A DNA stretch of 10,576 nucleotides from Promethearchaeota archaeon (GTDB taxonomy: Archaea; Asgardarchaeota; Lokiarchaeia; Sigyniarchaeales; SOKP01): positions 1 to 10,576 of the forward strand of contig JAFGOA010000009.1 of assembly GCA_016926735.1 (NCBI GenBank), read 5' to 3'. The number at the start of each line of letters is the position of its first letter. Position 1 is the stretch's first letter. The position numbers were made by a program, and so were the translations under genes. Shown one piece after another: positions 1 through 8,941 of the stretch. Below the pieces are notes generated by a model that saw only the letters and a program-made list of their open reading frames with translations, searched no databases and was not told the origin of the DNA.

Positions 1-148
1 ATTTTTTTTTTTTTTTTATTTGTTTTTTTTTTTTATTTTTTTACTATTTAAATTCTAAATTCCTAAATATAATGTTTAAAAAAATTCAAAATCAATTAAA
101 AATATTCTAAATAAAAGAAAAGATTATATTTGAAACAATAGCTAAATC

Positions 149-1393
149 ATGAATGAAGAAAATAATAATAAAAAAATTAATCTAAATCCCAAAAATCAAA
201 GACTTATCCTTGGAGTGGGTATACCCGTATTTATAATGGGACTTGTATCTTTATTCACAGATATATCAAGTGAGATGATACAAGCCATTCTCCCTCAGTT
301 TATCATTTCATTTGGAGGTACGGCCTTTATATTAGGTATAATTCTAGGTCTTACAGATGCTCTTTCCAATGTATTTAAAGGAATATCTGGAGTAGTGAGT
401 GATAAAATTAATAAACGTAAATCCTTAGTTGTAGCGGGGTATTCTATATCAAACCTTTCCAAACCCTTAATGGCATTTACACCCTCATGGCAAGTGGTTT
501 TGGGTCTAAAAGCAATTGATAGAACAGGTAAAGGAATCAGAACGTCTGCAAGAGACACTTTAATTTCCTATTTTGCAATTGAAAAAGGAAAAGCTTTTGG
601 TATACATAGATCAATGGATACTTTCGGAGCTATTATTGGTGTTGGTCTGGCATCATTGTTTCTTTTTCTTTCATGGAGTTATAGAGGAATAATTCTTTTT
701 TCTTTAATTCCTGGATTATGTGCGATAATTTTTATTTTAATGATAAAAGAAGTAGATACAACTAAAAATATCAAAATTGAGAATTCTAAGAACCTGTTAT
801 CTAAATCTAATAAATTAGGAAATAAATTTATAAAACTAATTATTATTCTTGGAGTTATAGAATTTGCCAGTTTAAATATTGGATTTCTTCAAGCCCATTC
901 TTATTATATATTAAATGAATTTAAGAATGCAATTCCGCTTCTTTATCTAATGTTTAATATTTTTTACATGGGATTTTCACCATTTACAGGTTCACTCTCT
1001 GATAGAATTGGGAGAAAAAAAGTTATTATCATTGGATTATCATTTTTGTTATTTGTCTGCATTATTTTAATATTTCCTATCGATAATGCTTTATTTGCAT
1101 TGATTCTTCTGGTTATATTATATCCAATGTTTGGATTCTATATGGCCTCTGTAGATCCTATATCAAGAGCATATATAGCCGATTTAGCAGGTAATAATAA
1201 AAGGGGACGAGCTTATGGGTTATATTATTTAACAGTGGGAGTTATTACTCTAGTTGAATCTTTAATTTTTGGTTTGATTTATGATACTTTTTCATATTCT
1301 ATTGCATTCCTATACTTATCAATATTTCTAGTAATATGTATAGGAATTTTTGCAAAAACAGATTTTTCAAAAATATTAGAAAAAGAAAATTAA
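149..1393 (+). CDS. Major facilitator superfamily (MFS) transporter, substrate unknown
   Basis: 414 aa with about 12 hydrophobic segments in two halves separated by a charged loop. MFS motif A-like sequence occurs in both halves (GVVSDKINKRK and GSLSDRIGRKK). Also carries SLFTDISSEMI, DRTGKGIRTSARD and GKAFGIHRSMDTFGAIIG, typical of a widespread MFS_1 subfamily. Confidence 0.93.
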   Translation: MNEENNNKKINLNPKNQRLILGVGIPVFIMGLVSLFTDISSEMIQAILPQFIISFGGTAFILGIILGLTDALSNVFKGISGVVSDKINKRKSLVVAGYSISNLSKPLMAFTPSWQVVLGLKAIDRTGKGIRTSARDTLISYFAIEKGKAFGIHRSMDTFGAIIGVGLASLFLFLSWSYRGIILFSLIPGLCAIIFILMIKEVDTTKNIKIENSKNLLSKSNKLGNKFIKLIIILGVIEFASLNIGFLQAHSYYILNEFKNAIPLLYLMFNIFYMGFSPFTGSLSDRIGRKKVIIIGLSFLLFVCIILIFPIDNALFALILLVILYPMFGFYMASVDPISRAYIADLAGNNKRGRAYGLYYLTVGVITLVESLIFGLIYDTFSYSIAFLYLSIFLVICIGIFAKTDFSKILEKEN

Positions 1394-1424
1394 AAATCTC
1401 ATTTATATTATTCTCTTTTTTATT

Positions 1425-1928
1425 TTATTTTATAAGATTTCCTATATTACGAGCCCATTTTTGAATTTCTTCTTTATCTAATAAATTATATAAAAGTTCA
1501 CCTTTCTTATATTTAATTCCTCCAAATGCTTTTTTTGTAATAATTGGATTTATATTTGGAAATTGTGATACTTTTTGTTCTATATATTTATTATAATATA
1601 AGTTATACGTTTCTTTATCATTATCTTTAGATGCTTTACCGATTCTGCCAGAACAGATAAAAATTGCAAATTTTTTTTTTTCATTTGGATTTTTATTAAA
1701 AAAATTTAATAATTTATTTCCGCTCCCATACCACCGACCCATTCGAATACCAGAACCAATGATTATTATATTATATTGTGCTATGTTAGTTTTTTTGTTA
1801 AAATCATTCGCATCAATTACATTCGATTCGCAGGAATATTCTTTGTCTAAAATATTTTTAATCTCAATCGCAGCCTCTTTAGTTGCACCTGATTTAGAAC
1901 TGTATGATATCAATATATTATTCTTCAT
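1425..1928 (-). CDS. Flavodoxin-domain protein (Flavodoxin_5 / HemG-like fold)
   Basis: 167 aa. N-terminal FMN phosphate-binding loop ILISYSSKSGATKEAA (SxxGxT), then IIIGSGIRMGRW, AIFICSG, AFGG and a C-terminal 'D..EI..WA' helix. Confidence 0.85.
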   Translation of the reverse strand: MKNNILISYSSKSGATKEAAIEIKNILDKEYSCESNVIDANDFNKKTNIAQYNIIIIGSGIRMGRWYGSGNKLLNFFNKNPNEKKKFAIFICSGRIGKASKDNDKETYNLYYNKYIEQKVSQFPNINPIITKKAFGGIKYKKGELLYNLLDKEEIQKWARNIGNLIK

Positions 1929-2021
1929 ATTTAATAAAAGAGAAGAGTATCATAAAAAGAAAATCATATTTTTTTAAATGAGTTTTTTAACAAGAACTCT
2001 ATTAAAAATAAAGATTTAGAT

Positions 2022-2645
2022 TTATTTCTTGACAAAAATATATCTTAATCTGTGAGTATGTTCATTTCCGCCGTGATTTTCAAGTTCATTAAGAATTCCA
2101 TTTTCAATCATAGAAAACGACTCAAAATGTTCTATTAAATCTTTTTCTGAGAAATAATGTACTGGTCTTCCGGGTTTAGATTCATATGTGTTTTCTTCAA
2201 TTTTTTTTCCTTTAGAGAAACTAGATTCATGTTCTGAAAAAACAGTAAAGAAAGCAAAACCATTATTTTTCATCAAATTATAACAATTTTCTATAAATAA
2301 GATTCGATCATTTTTTAGAAAGAGATGTAGTACATTAAAACAGTAAATTAAATTAAATCTTTCATTTAGTAACGGAATATTGGTGATAGAAGCATTTATA
2401 AATAGAGTATCAAGATCAAAAGATTTAGCAATATTACAAGCATAGTCAGAAATCTCTAATCCTACAACTTTATAACCTGCTTGAGAAAATAATTTTGAAT
2501 TTCTTCCATATCCTGCTCCTGGAATTAATAAAGATCCTATTTTATCTTTGTTGAATAATTCTAATGCCTTTTCAGCACTCTGACTAGCTTTACTCCCCCA
2601 TATTTTCTCTTCTAATTCAAATCTTCTATTCCAATAAGATTTCAT
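2022..2645 (-). CDS. Class I SAM-dependent methyltransferase
   Basis: Motif I variant LLIPGAGYGRNS, acidic residue ending beta2 (VVGLEIS), FNLIYCFNVLHLF and MKNNG. The ATG at 2645 (MKSYWNRRF, 207 aa) is preferred over the TTG at 2687 used by the ORF track. Confidence 0.88.
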   Translation of the reverse strand: MKSYWNRRFELEEKIWGSKASQSAEKALELFNKDKIGSLLIPGAGYGRNSKLFSQAGYKVVGLEISDYACNIAKSFDLDTLFINASITNIPLLNERFNLIYCFNVLHLFLKNDRILFIENCYNLMKNNGFAFFTVFSEHESSFSKGKKIEENTYESKPGRPVHYFSEKDLIEHFESFSMIENGILNELENHGGNEHTHRLRYIFVKK

Positions 2646-2735
2646 AATTTTTTTCGTGGTTTTAAAGAATAAATAATATAATAACAATACCTTGTAATGT
2701 AAAACATTATTATAATCTTAATTATAATAAAAAAT

Positions 2736-2753
2736 CGAAAGTTTTTTATATTT
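2736..2753 (+). promoter_or_regulatory. Putative archaeal BRE + TATA box of the dnaK operon
   Basis: CGAAAG (2736-2741) is directly followed by TTTTTTATATTT. This implies a TSS near 2772-2777 and a leader of about 150 nt. The AT-rich background limits certainty. Confidence 0.55.
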
Positions 2754-2773
2754 ATTTTTACATTATCTATATA

Positions 2774-2808
2774 ACATCAATTAGTTGATGTCAATGATGG
2801 ATTGACAT
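2774..2808. promoter_or_regulatory. Two overlapping perfect inverted repeats (candidate operator or alternative RNA hairpins)
   Basis: ACATCAA-ttag-TTGATGT (2774-2791) and ATGTCAAT-gatgg-ATTGACAT (2788-2808) share bases 2788-2791. Confidence 0.6.
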
Positions 2809-2913
2809 GTACTAAAATAATAATATTAATTTCCAAGGAACCAAATATGAGGTTCTAAAAGAAATTTACCAATAATTAAAAATTAACAAAAATAAAAAAG
2901 ATAATATAAAAAA

Positions 2914-2919
2914 AGGTGA
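2914..2919 (+). promoter_or_regulatory. Shine-Dalgarno site of dnaK
   Basis: AGGTGA lies 7 nt before the ATG at 2927. A similar AGGTAA (5891-5896) precedes clpB. Confidence 0.7.
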
Positions 2920-2926
2920 AATATTA

Positions 2927-4813
2927 ATGGGAAAAATAATTGGTATTGATTTAGGAACTTCAAATTCTGCAGCTGCAGTATTAAGTGGAGGGAATCCTGA
3001 AATAATTCCAAGTAAAGAAGGGATAACACTTTATGGAAAAGCTTTTCCTTCTGTAATTGCATTTACCAAAGATGGACAAAGAATTATAGGAGAACCTGCA
3101 AAAAGGCAAGCTGTTTCGAATCCAGAAAATACAATATCAGGTATAAAACGAAAGATGGGAACATCTTATACAGTTAATATAAATGGAAAAAAATATTCTC
3201 CTCAAGAAATCTCAGCTATGCTTTTAAGAAAAATAAAAGAAGATGCTAGTGATTATTTGGGAGAAGAAGTTACTGATGCAATTATTACTGTACCTGCTTA
3301 CTTTAATGATAATCAGAGGCAAGCTACTAAAGATGCAGGAAAGATAGCAGGATTAAATGTAAAAAGATTAATTAATGAACCTACCGCTGCTGCTGTAGCA
3401 TTTGGATTAGATAAAAAAGGACAACATTTAAATATTATGGTATTAGATCTTGGAGGTGGAACATTTGATGTTACTATTATGGAGATGGATGATAGAGTTT
3501 TTGAAGTAATTTCTACTGCTGGAGATACTCAATTAGGAGGTCGAGATATGGATGATAATATTGTTAATTACATAGTCGAAGAATTCAAGAAAAAGGAAAA
3601 TGTTGATCTCAGACAAGATAAAATGGCTTTACAAAGAGTTATTGAAGCCGCAGAAACGGCAAAAATAGAATTATCTACTCTTTTAAAGACTGATATAAAT
3701 TTACCCTATATTACAGCTACTAATTCTGGACCAAAACATTTGAATATGGAATTAACAAGAGCAAAATTAGAACAATTAATTGAACCTATAATCGTTAAAT
3801 TAGATGATTCAATTAAGAAAGCACTTAGAGATGCAGGTATGAAAAGCGAAGATGTTAATAAAATAATTTTAGTGGGGGGTCCTACAAGAATGCCTATTGT
3901 ACAAGAGAGATTTGAAAAAATACTGGGAAAAAAACCTGAGCGTGGAGTTGATCCCATGGAATGTGTTGCAATGGGAGCAGCTATCCAAGGGGGAGTTCTT
4001 ACAGGAGAAGTAGAGGATTTACTTTTATTAGATGTTACTCCTTTATCTTTAGGCGTTGAGACATTAGGTGGCGTTTTTACAAAATTGATTAACAGAAATA
4101 CTACAATTCCAACTAAAGCAAATGAAACCTTTTCTACTGCTGCTAATAACCAAACGGCTGTTGAAATTCATGTTTTACAAGGTGAAAGAACAAAAGCTTC
4201 TGATAATATATCTTTAGGAAAATTTCATTTAACAGGTATTCCACCAGCACCTCGAGGAATTCCACAAATAGAAGTAACATTTGATATAGATGCAAATGGT
4301 ATAATCAATGTAACTGCTAAAGATAAAGCAACTGGAAAATCCCAATCAATCAAAATTACGGCTTCTAATAAAATGAGTGATGATGAGATTGAAAAAAAAA
4401 TAAAAGAAGCAGAGAAATTCGCTGATGAAGATAAGAAATTCAAAGACATTATTGAGGTTAAAAATCAAGGAGAATCTTTAATATATCAAGCTGAGAAATT
4501 AATTAATGAAAATGAAAGTAAGATTGGAGATCTTAAAGGTAAGATACAAGAAAAAATAGATGATCTCAAAAAAGCTATTGAAACTGGGGAAAAATCTAAA
4601 ATTGAAGATAAAATAGAGAAATTACAAAAGTCCTTACATGAACTATCTTCACGAATATATGCTCAACAAGGAGCTCCACCAGGTGGTATGGGTAGTGATA
4701 GTGGAACATCACATGATAAAAAACAAAAATCTAAGACGCAAGATGAAATTGAAGAAGAAATGTTCAGGAATGCCACAGGACAAGAAAATGTTGTAGATGC
4801 AGATTTTGACTAA
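2927..4813 (+). CDS. dnaK: Chaperone DnaK (Hsp70), archaeal type
   Basis: Motifs [42 protein letters not shown], linker [13 protein letters not shown] and C-terminal VVDADFD. It lacks the roughly 24-aa subdomain IB insert of diderm DnaKs. It has the 'EG..(x)GKAFPS' insertion seen in Thermoplasmata/Thaumarchaeota-type DnaKs. Confidence 0.99.
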   Translation: MGKIIGIDLGTSNSAAAVLSGGNPEIIPSKEGITLYGKAFPSVIAFTKDGQRIIGEPAKRQAVSNPENTISGIKRKMGTSYTVNINGKKYSPQEISAMLLRKIKEDASDYLGEEVTDAIITVPAYFNDNQRQATKDAGKIAGLNVKRLINEPTAAAVAFGLDKKGQHLNIMVLDLGGGTFDVTIMEMDDRVFEVISTAGDTQLGGRDMDDNIVNYIVEEFKKKENVDLRQDKMALQRVIEAAETAKIELSTLLKTDINLPYITATNSGPKHLNMELTRAKLEQLIEPIIVKLDDSIKKALRDAGMKSEDVNKIILVGGPTRMPIVQERFEKILGKKPERGVDPMECVAMGAAIQGGVLTGEVEDLLLLDVTPLSLGVETLGGVFTKLINRNTTIPTKANETFSTAANNQTAVEIHVLQGERTKASDNISLGKFHLTGIPPAPRGIPQIEVTFDIDANGIINVTAKDKATGKSQSIKITASNKMSDDEIEKKIKEAEKFADEDKKFKDIIEVKNQGESLIYQAEKLINENESKIGDLKGKIQEKIDDLKKAIETGEKSKIEDKIEKLQKSLHELSSRIYAQQGAPPGGMGSDSGTSHDKKQKSKTQDEIEEEMFRNATGQENVVDADFD

Positions 4814-4830
4814 TTTTTTTTTTAATTTTT
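4814..4830 (+). terminator. Oligo-T tract, candidate archaeal intrinsic terminator between dnaK and dnaJ
   Basis: T10 (4814-4823) lies immediately after the dnaK stop, followed by T5. Confidence 0.45.
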
Positions 4831-4882
4831 AAATTTGTAAAAAAATAATTATTAATTATTCTTATAAATATGAGGGATCAAA

Positions 4883-5878
4883 TTGCCGAAAAAAGATTAT
4901 TATAAAATATTAGGAATCGATAAAAATGCTTCTAAAGATGAAATAAAGAGCGCCTTTCGTAAAATGGCTCGAAAATATCATCCAGATGTAAATCCTGATG
5001 AGGCAAAATCTGGAGAAACTTTTAAGAAAATTAATGAAGCATATAGAATTCTAAGTGATGATAAAAAAAAGGAAATGTATGATAAATTTGGAGTTGTAGA
5101 AGGTGAAATGCCCTCATATGATCAAGCAGGAGGACAAAGAGTATATAGAGGTCCTAATGGGAGTACTGTTTATTATTCCACATCTGGAATGCCGGGAGAG
5201 GGATTTGATTTTAGTGATATATTTGGAAGTAATACTGGAGGGATGGGAGGATTTGACTTTTTCAGTGATCTAAAAGATGTTTTTGATGTTTTTGGGAGAA
5301 AAAGATCTTCAGATTCTGGTTATACTACCCGTTCTCATATGAATTATCCTCAAGAAGGAGAAGATCTAAAATATGAAATGACGATAGAATTTTTGGATGC
5401 TTTTTATGGGGGAAATAAAAAAATTCAATATGATGATCCAATAACAGGTAAAAGACAAACGTTAAATGTAAAAATACCTAAAGGAATTAAAAAAGGACAA
5501 AAATTAAGATTGAAGGGAAAAGGTATGCCTGGAAGTAATGGTGGAAATCCTGGAGATTTATATATTAATATTAATATCAAAGATCATCCAGTATATAAAA
5601 GAGCAGGTGATGATATTTATATAAATATTGAAATTCCGTATACTACAGCAGTCTTAGGTGGAAAAGCAAAAGTAGAAGGGATAGATCGGAGTTTAAATAT
5701 AACAATTCCGCCCTTTACAAAAGATTCTACAACATTAAGAGTGAAACATCAAGGATTTCACAAAATGAATTCTGATGATAGAGGAAACTTAATGATTAAA
5801 ATAAAAATGCAAATTCCAAATAGAATCGATAAACATCAAAAGGAACTCCTTGAACAGTTAAAAAATAATGGATTATAA
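4883..5878 (+). CDS. dnaJ: Class B (type II) J-domain co-chaperone, DnaJ/CbpA-like, no zinc finger
   Basis: J-domain with DYYKILG and YHPD, a G/F-rich region with DIF/DVF motifs, and DnaJ_C domains (GEDL, VKIPKG, LRLKGKG, GDLYI). No CxxCxGxG repeats and no cysteines at all. TTG start preceded by GAGGGA. Confidence 0.92.
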   Translation: MPKKDYYKILGIDKNASKDEIKSAFRKMARKYHPDVNPDEAKSGETFKKINEAYRILSDDKKKEMYDKFGVVEGEMPSYDQAGGQRVYRGPNGSTVYYSTSGMPGEGFDFSDIFGSNTGGMGGFDFFSDLKDVFDVFGRKRSSDSGYTTRSHMNYPQEGEDLKYEMTIEFLDAFYGGNKKIQYDDPITGKRQTLNVKIPKGIKKGQKLRLKGKGMPGSNGGNPGDLYININIKDHPVYKRAGDDIYINIEIPYTTAVLGGKAKVEGIDRSLNITIPPFTKDSTTLRVKHQGFHKMNSDDRGNLMIKIKMQIPNRIDKHQKELLEQLKNNGL

Positions 5879-5904
5879 TAATATTAAAAAAGGTAAATCT
5901 GATT

Positions 5905-8502
5905 ATGATAAATATAAATAAATTCACGATAAAATTACAAGAAGCGATAGTTACTTCTCAAGGTTTGGCAGAAAGTAATAATCATCAAAAGATTGAACCA
6001 GTTCATATTTTAATTTCATTAATTAAACAAGAAGATGGAATAGCAAAACCATTAATGCAAAAATTAGGAATAAATATTCAACATTTGCTATCTGATTTAA
6101 ATTATGAATTAGATAAACTCCCTAAAGTTACTGGTTCAGGAATGACCGAAGTAATGATTTCTCAAGATACAAAAAAATTATTTGATGAAGCTTGGAAAGA
6201 AGCAACATCTATGAGAGATGAATTTTTAAGCACAGAACATATAATTATTGCTATTTCTGATTTAGATTCTTTGCCAATTCATAATTTAATTAAGAATTTT
6301 GGAATTTCAAAACAAAGAGTAATGCAAGCACTAAAATCTATAAGAGGAAGTAAAAGAGTAATTGATCAAAATCCAGAGGAAAAATATCAAGCAATTGATA
6401 AGTACAGTAGAAATCTTACTGATTTGGCCCGTAGAGGAAAAATCGATCCCGTAATAGGAAGGGACAAAGAGATTAGACGTGTAATGCATATTCTCTCAAG
6501 AAGGACTAAAAATAATCCTGTCTTAATTGGTGAAGCTGGAGTTGGTAAAACAGCAATTGTTGAAGGATTAGCACAAAGAATTGCTAATGCTGATGTTCCA
6601 GAATCTTTGAAGAATAAAGACTTAATTTCTCTTGATTTGGCAGCTATGATTGCTGGAGCTAAATATAGAGGTGAATTTGAGGATAGATTAAAAGCTTTTT
6701 TAAAAGAAGTTGAAGAAGGAGCTGGAAAATATATTCTTTTTATTGATGAACTTCATACTTTAGTTGGAGCTGGTGCTGCTGAAGGAGCTATTGATGCATC
6801 TAATATGTTAAAACCTGCTCTTGCCAGAGGTGAATTACGAGCTATAGGAGCAACAACTTTAGATGAATATAGAAAACATATTGAAAAAGATGCTGCTTTA
6901 ACAAGAAGATTTCAAACAGTTTTAGTTGAAGAGCCAACAATTGAGGATACTATTGCTATTTTAAGAGGATTAAAAGAGAGATATGAAATTCATCATGGAG
7001 TAAGAATTTCGGATTCAGCGATTATATACGCAGCTAAATTATCTGATCGATATATTTCAGAACGATATTTACCAGATAAAGCAATAGACCTTATAGATGA
7101 AGCTGCATCAAGACTAAGAATTGAAATTGATAGTCTACCAACTGAAATTGATGAAATAGAACGAAAAATAATCCAATTTGAAATTCAACGTGAAGCTCTT
7201 AAAAAAGAGACTGGAAAAGACGCTATGGAAAGAAAAGAAAAAATAAATAGCGAACTTCAAGATCTACAAGAAAAAAGCAAACACTTAAAATTACAATGGA
7301 AGAATGAAAAAGAAGTCATAATTAAAATTAATGAAATAAAAGAAAAAATAGAAAAGACAAAGATAGAGTCTGAGAAAGCAGAAAAAAGGGGGGATCTTGA
7401 ACGTGCAGCAGAATTGACTTATGGTGTTTTGAATGAATTAAAAAAGGAATTATTAAATTATGAAAAGGAATTAAACGAGATTCAAAAAGACAAATCTATG
7501 CTTAAACAAGAAGTAGGAGAAGAAGATATTGCTGAAGTAATCTCCCAATGGACTGGAATTCCTGTATCAAAAATGCTTGAGAGTGAAAAGGAAAAGTTGC
7601 TAAAAATGGAGGATAGACTAAAATCTAGGGTAGTTGGACAAGATCATGCTTTAATATCTGTTTCTAATGCGATAAGGAGATCCAGAGCAAGTATCCAAGA
7701 TCCAAATAGACCAATTGGAGCATTCATTTTCCTAGGTCCTACTGGTGTTGGTAAAACCGAAACAGCTAAGGCTCTGGCAGAATTTCTATTTGACAATGAA
7801 GAAGCAATGATAAGAGTAGATATGTCAGAATTTATGGAAAAACATAGTGTTTCAAAATTAATTGGAGCTCCTCCTGGATATGTTGGATATGATGATAGAG
7901 CCGTTCTTTCTCAAGTAATTCGAAAGCCATATACTGTGATTCTATTTGATGAAATTGAAAAAGCTCATCCAGATGTCTTTAATTTATTGCTTCAAATTTT
8001 AGATGAAGGAAAATTAACAGATTCACATTCAAGAGTTATTAACTTCAGAAATTCGGTTATAATTATGACCAGCAATATAGGTAGTGAATATATACAAAAA
8101 ACACTAGAAGATGGGAAAGTGATAGATAATGATGTCATATTCAAAAATCTTAAAAATTACTTTAGACCTGAATTTCTTAATAGAATTGATGATATAGTTG
8201 TTTTCGATTCACTTAGTAAAGAAGAAATTAGAGAAATTGTTGATATTCAAATAAATAATATCAATAAAAATTTAGAGACAAGGAAAATTAAAATTATTCT
8301 AACGGATAAAGCTAAAGATTTTATTAGTGAAAAGGGATATGATCCTCAATTCGGAGCTCGACCATTAAAAAGAGCATTACAAAATTACTTATTAAATCCT
8401 CTTTCTATGAATCTTATAGAAAATAGATTTAGTGATGGGAAATCAATTTTAGTAGATATAAAAAAAGATGGAAATCTATCTTTTTCTTCTTCTAATGAAT
8501 GA
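5905..8502 (+). CDS. clpB: ATP-dependent disaggregase ClpB (Hsp100)
   Basis: 865 aa with a Clp N-domain. AAA-1 has [17 protein letters not shown] and LFIDELH. A long coiled-coil M-domain includes [14 protein letters not shown]-2 has [24 protein letters not shown] and GARPLKR. No IGF/LGF ClpP-docking loop. Confidence 0.98.
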   Translation: MININKFTIKLQEAIVTSQGLAESNNHQKIEPVHILISLIKQEDGIAKPLMQKLGINIQHLLSDLNYELDKLPKVTGSGMTEVMISQDTKKLFDEAWKEATSMRDEFLSTEHIIIAISDLDSLPIHNLIKNFGISKQRVMQALKSIRGSKRVIDQNPEEKYQAIDKYSRNLTDLARRGKIDPVIGRDKEIRRVMHILSRRTKNNPVLIGEAGVGKTAIVEGLAQRIANADVPESLKNKDLISLDLAAMIAGAKYRGEFEDRLKAFLKEVEEGAGKYILFIDELHTLVGAGAAEGAIDASNMLKPALARGELRAIGATTLDEYRKHIEKDAALTRRFQTVLVEEPTIEDTIAILRGLKERYEIHHGVRISDSAIIYAAKLSDRYISERYLPDKAIDLIDEAASRLRIEIDSLPTEIDEIERKIIQFEIQREALKKETGKDAMERKEKINSELQDLQEKSKHLKLQWKNEKEVIIKINEIKEKIEKTKIESEKAEKRGDLERAAELTYGVLNELKKELLNYEKELNEIQKDKSMLKQEVGEEDIAEVISQWTGIPVSKMLESEKEKLLKMEDRLKSRVVGQDHALISVSNAIRRSRASIQDPNRPIGAFIFLGPTGVGKTETAKALAEFLFDNEEAMIRVDMSEFMEKHSVSKLIGAPPGYVGYDDRAVLSQVIRKPYTVILFDEIEKAHPDVFNLLLQILDEGKLTDSHSRVINFRNSVIIMTSNIGSEYIQKTLEDGKVIDNDVIFKNLKNYFRPEFLNRIDDIVVFDSLSKEEIREIVDIQINNINKNLETRKIKIILTDKAKDFISEKGYDPQFGARPLKRALQNYLLNPLSMNLIENRFSDGKSILVDIKKDGNLSFSSSNE

Positions 8503-8521
8503 GATTTTCTCGAAATTTGAA

Positions 8522-8546
8522 TTTTTTTCCGAATCTATTTTTTTTT
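8522..8546 (+). terminator. Oligo-T tracts, candidate terminator of the chaperone operon
   Basis: T7 (8522-8528) and T9 (8538-8546) lie shortly after the clpB stop. Confidence 0.45.
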
Positions 8547-8635
8547 GATCAACAATATATTTCTACAAATATAAATACTAGATTTTCTCATAATTTATTA
8601 TATAATTTTTATAAACCTAATAATCGAAATATCTA

Positions 8636-8941
8636 GTGAAAATAAATTTGATTAACAATAGTATATATCGAAAGAAATTTAAATATTTGATAAAAAAACA
8701 TATTAGAGAAATAATAGGTTTAATAGTTGGATTATTTATTGGTTTAGCTATAATAATCATTTTAGTACTTCCAAAAGCTTTTGATTTTAATTCATTTAGT
8801 TTTGGTCTATTTTGGGGTATTATGCTTATAATAATTATAGAGGTATTTGTCTTTCTCTTTAGTAAAGTTACTTTTATTCAAGAAAAAGAAAATGATAATA
8901 AAAAAATAAACCAAAATAAAACATGGGATTTAACTAATTGA
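8636..8941 (+). CDS. Small hypothetical membrane protein (two TM helices)
   Basis: 101 aa with a GTG start, a basic N-terminus, two hydrophobic stretches (IIGLIVGLFIGLAIIIILVL and FGLFWGIMLIIIIEVFVFLF) and a polar C-tail. It fills an otherwise empty gap. No recognisable family and the start is uncertain. Confidence 0.6.
   Translation: MKINLINNSIYRKKFKYLIKKHIREIIGLIVGLFIGLAIIIILVLPKAFDFNSFSFGLFWGIMLIIIIEVFVFLFSKVTFIQEKENDNKKINQNKTWDLTN

Noticed and set aside
1-50. Long poly-T low-complexity tract
   Set aside because: Probably an upstream terminator or low-complexity/assembly edge. No defined repeat unit and no context.
295-558. 87-aa minus-strand ORF
   Set aside because: Antisense shadow inside the MFS gene with no recognisable motifs.
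1425-1928. Assignment as hemG (protoporphyrinogen oxidase)
   Set aside because: Only fold-level similarity and no heme-pathway context.
1759-1977. 72-aa plus-strand ORF
   Set aside because: Mostly antisense to the flavodoxin gene.
2572-2598. TCAGCACTC resembling the left CIRCE arm (TTAGCACTC)
   Set aside because: No GAGTGCTAA arm 9 nt downstream, it lies within the methyltransferase CDS, and no hrcA is present in the window.
2831-2840. TTCCAAGGAA as a eukaryote-like heat-shock element
   Set aside because: TTC-GAA spacing is 4 rather than 2 and there is no third pentamer.
3706-4449. Two minus-strand ORFs (83 and 74 aa)
   Set aside because: Antisense shadows of dnaK, a well-known artefact.
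4870-4905. Alternative dnaJ start (ATG 4870, [11 protein letters not shown]) if the A6 run were A5
   Set aside because: TTG 4883 gives an intact MPKKDYY start with a well-placed GAGGGA, so no frameshift is needed. Reads could confirm.
5905-8502. ClpA/ClpC or ClpV identity
   Set aside because: Long M-domain, no IGF loop, no adjacent clpP or T6SS genes, and it is clustered with dnaK/dnaJ.
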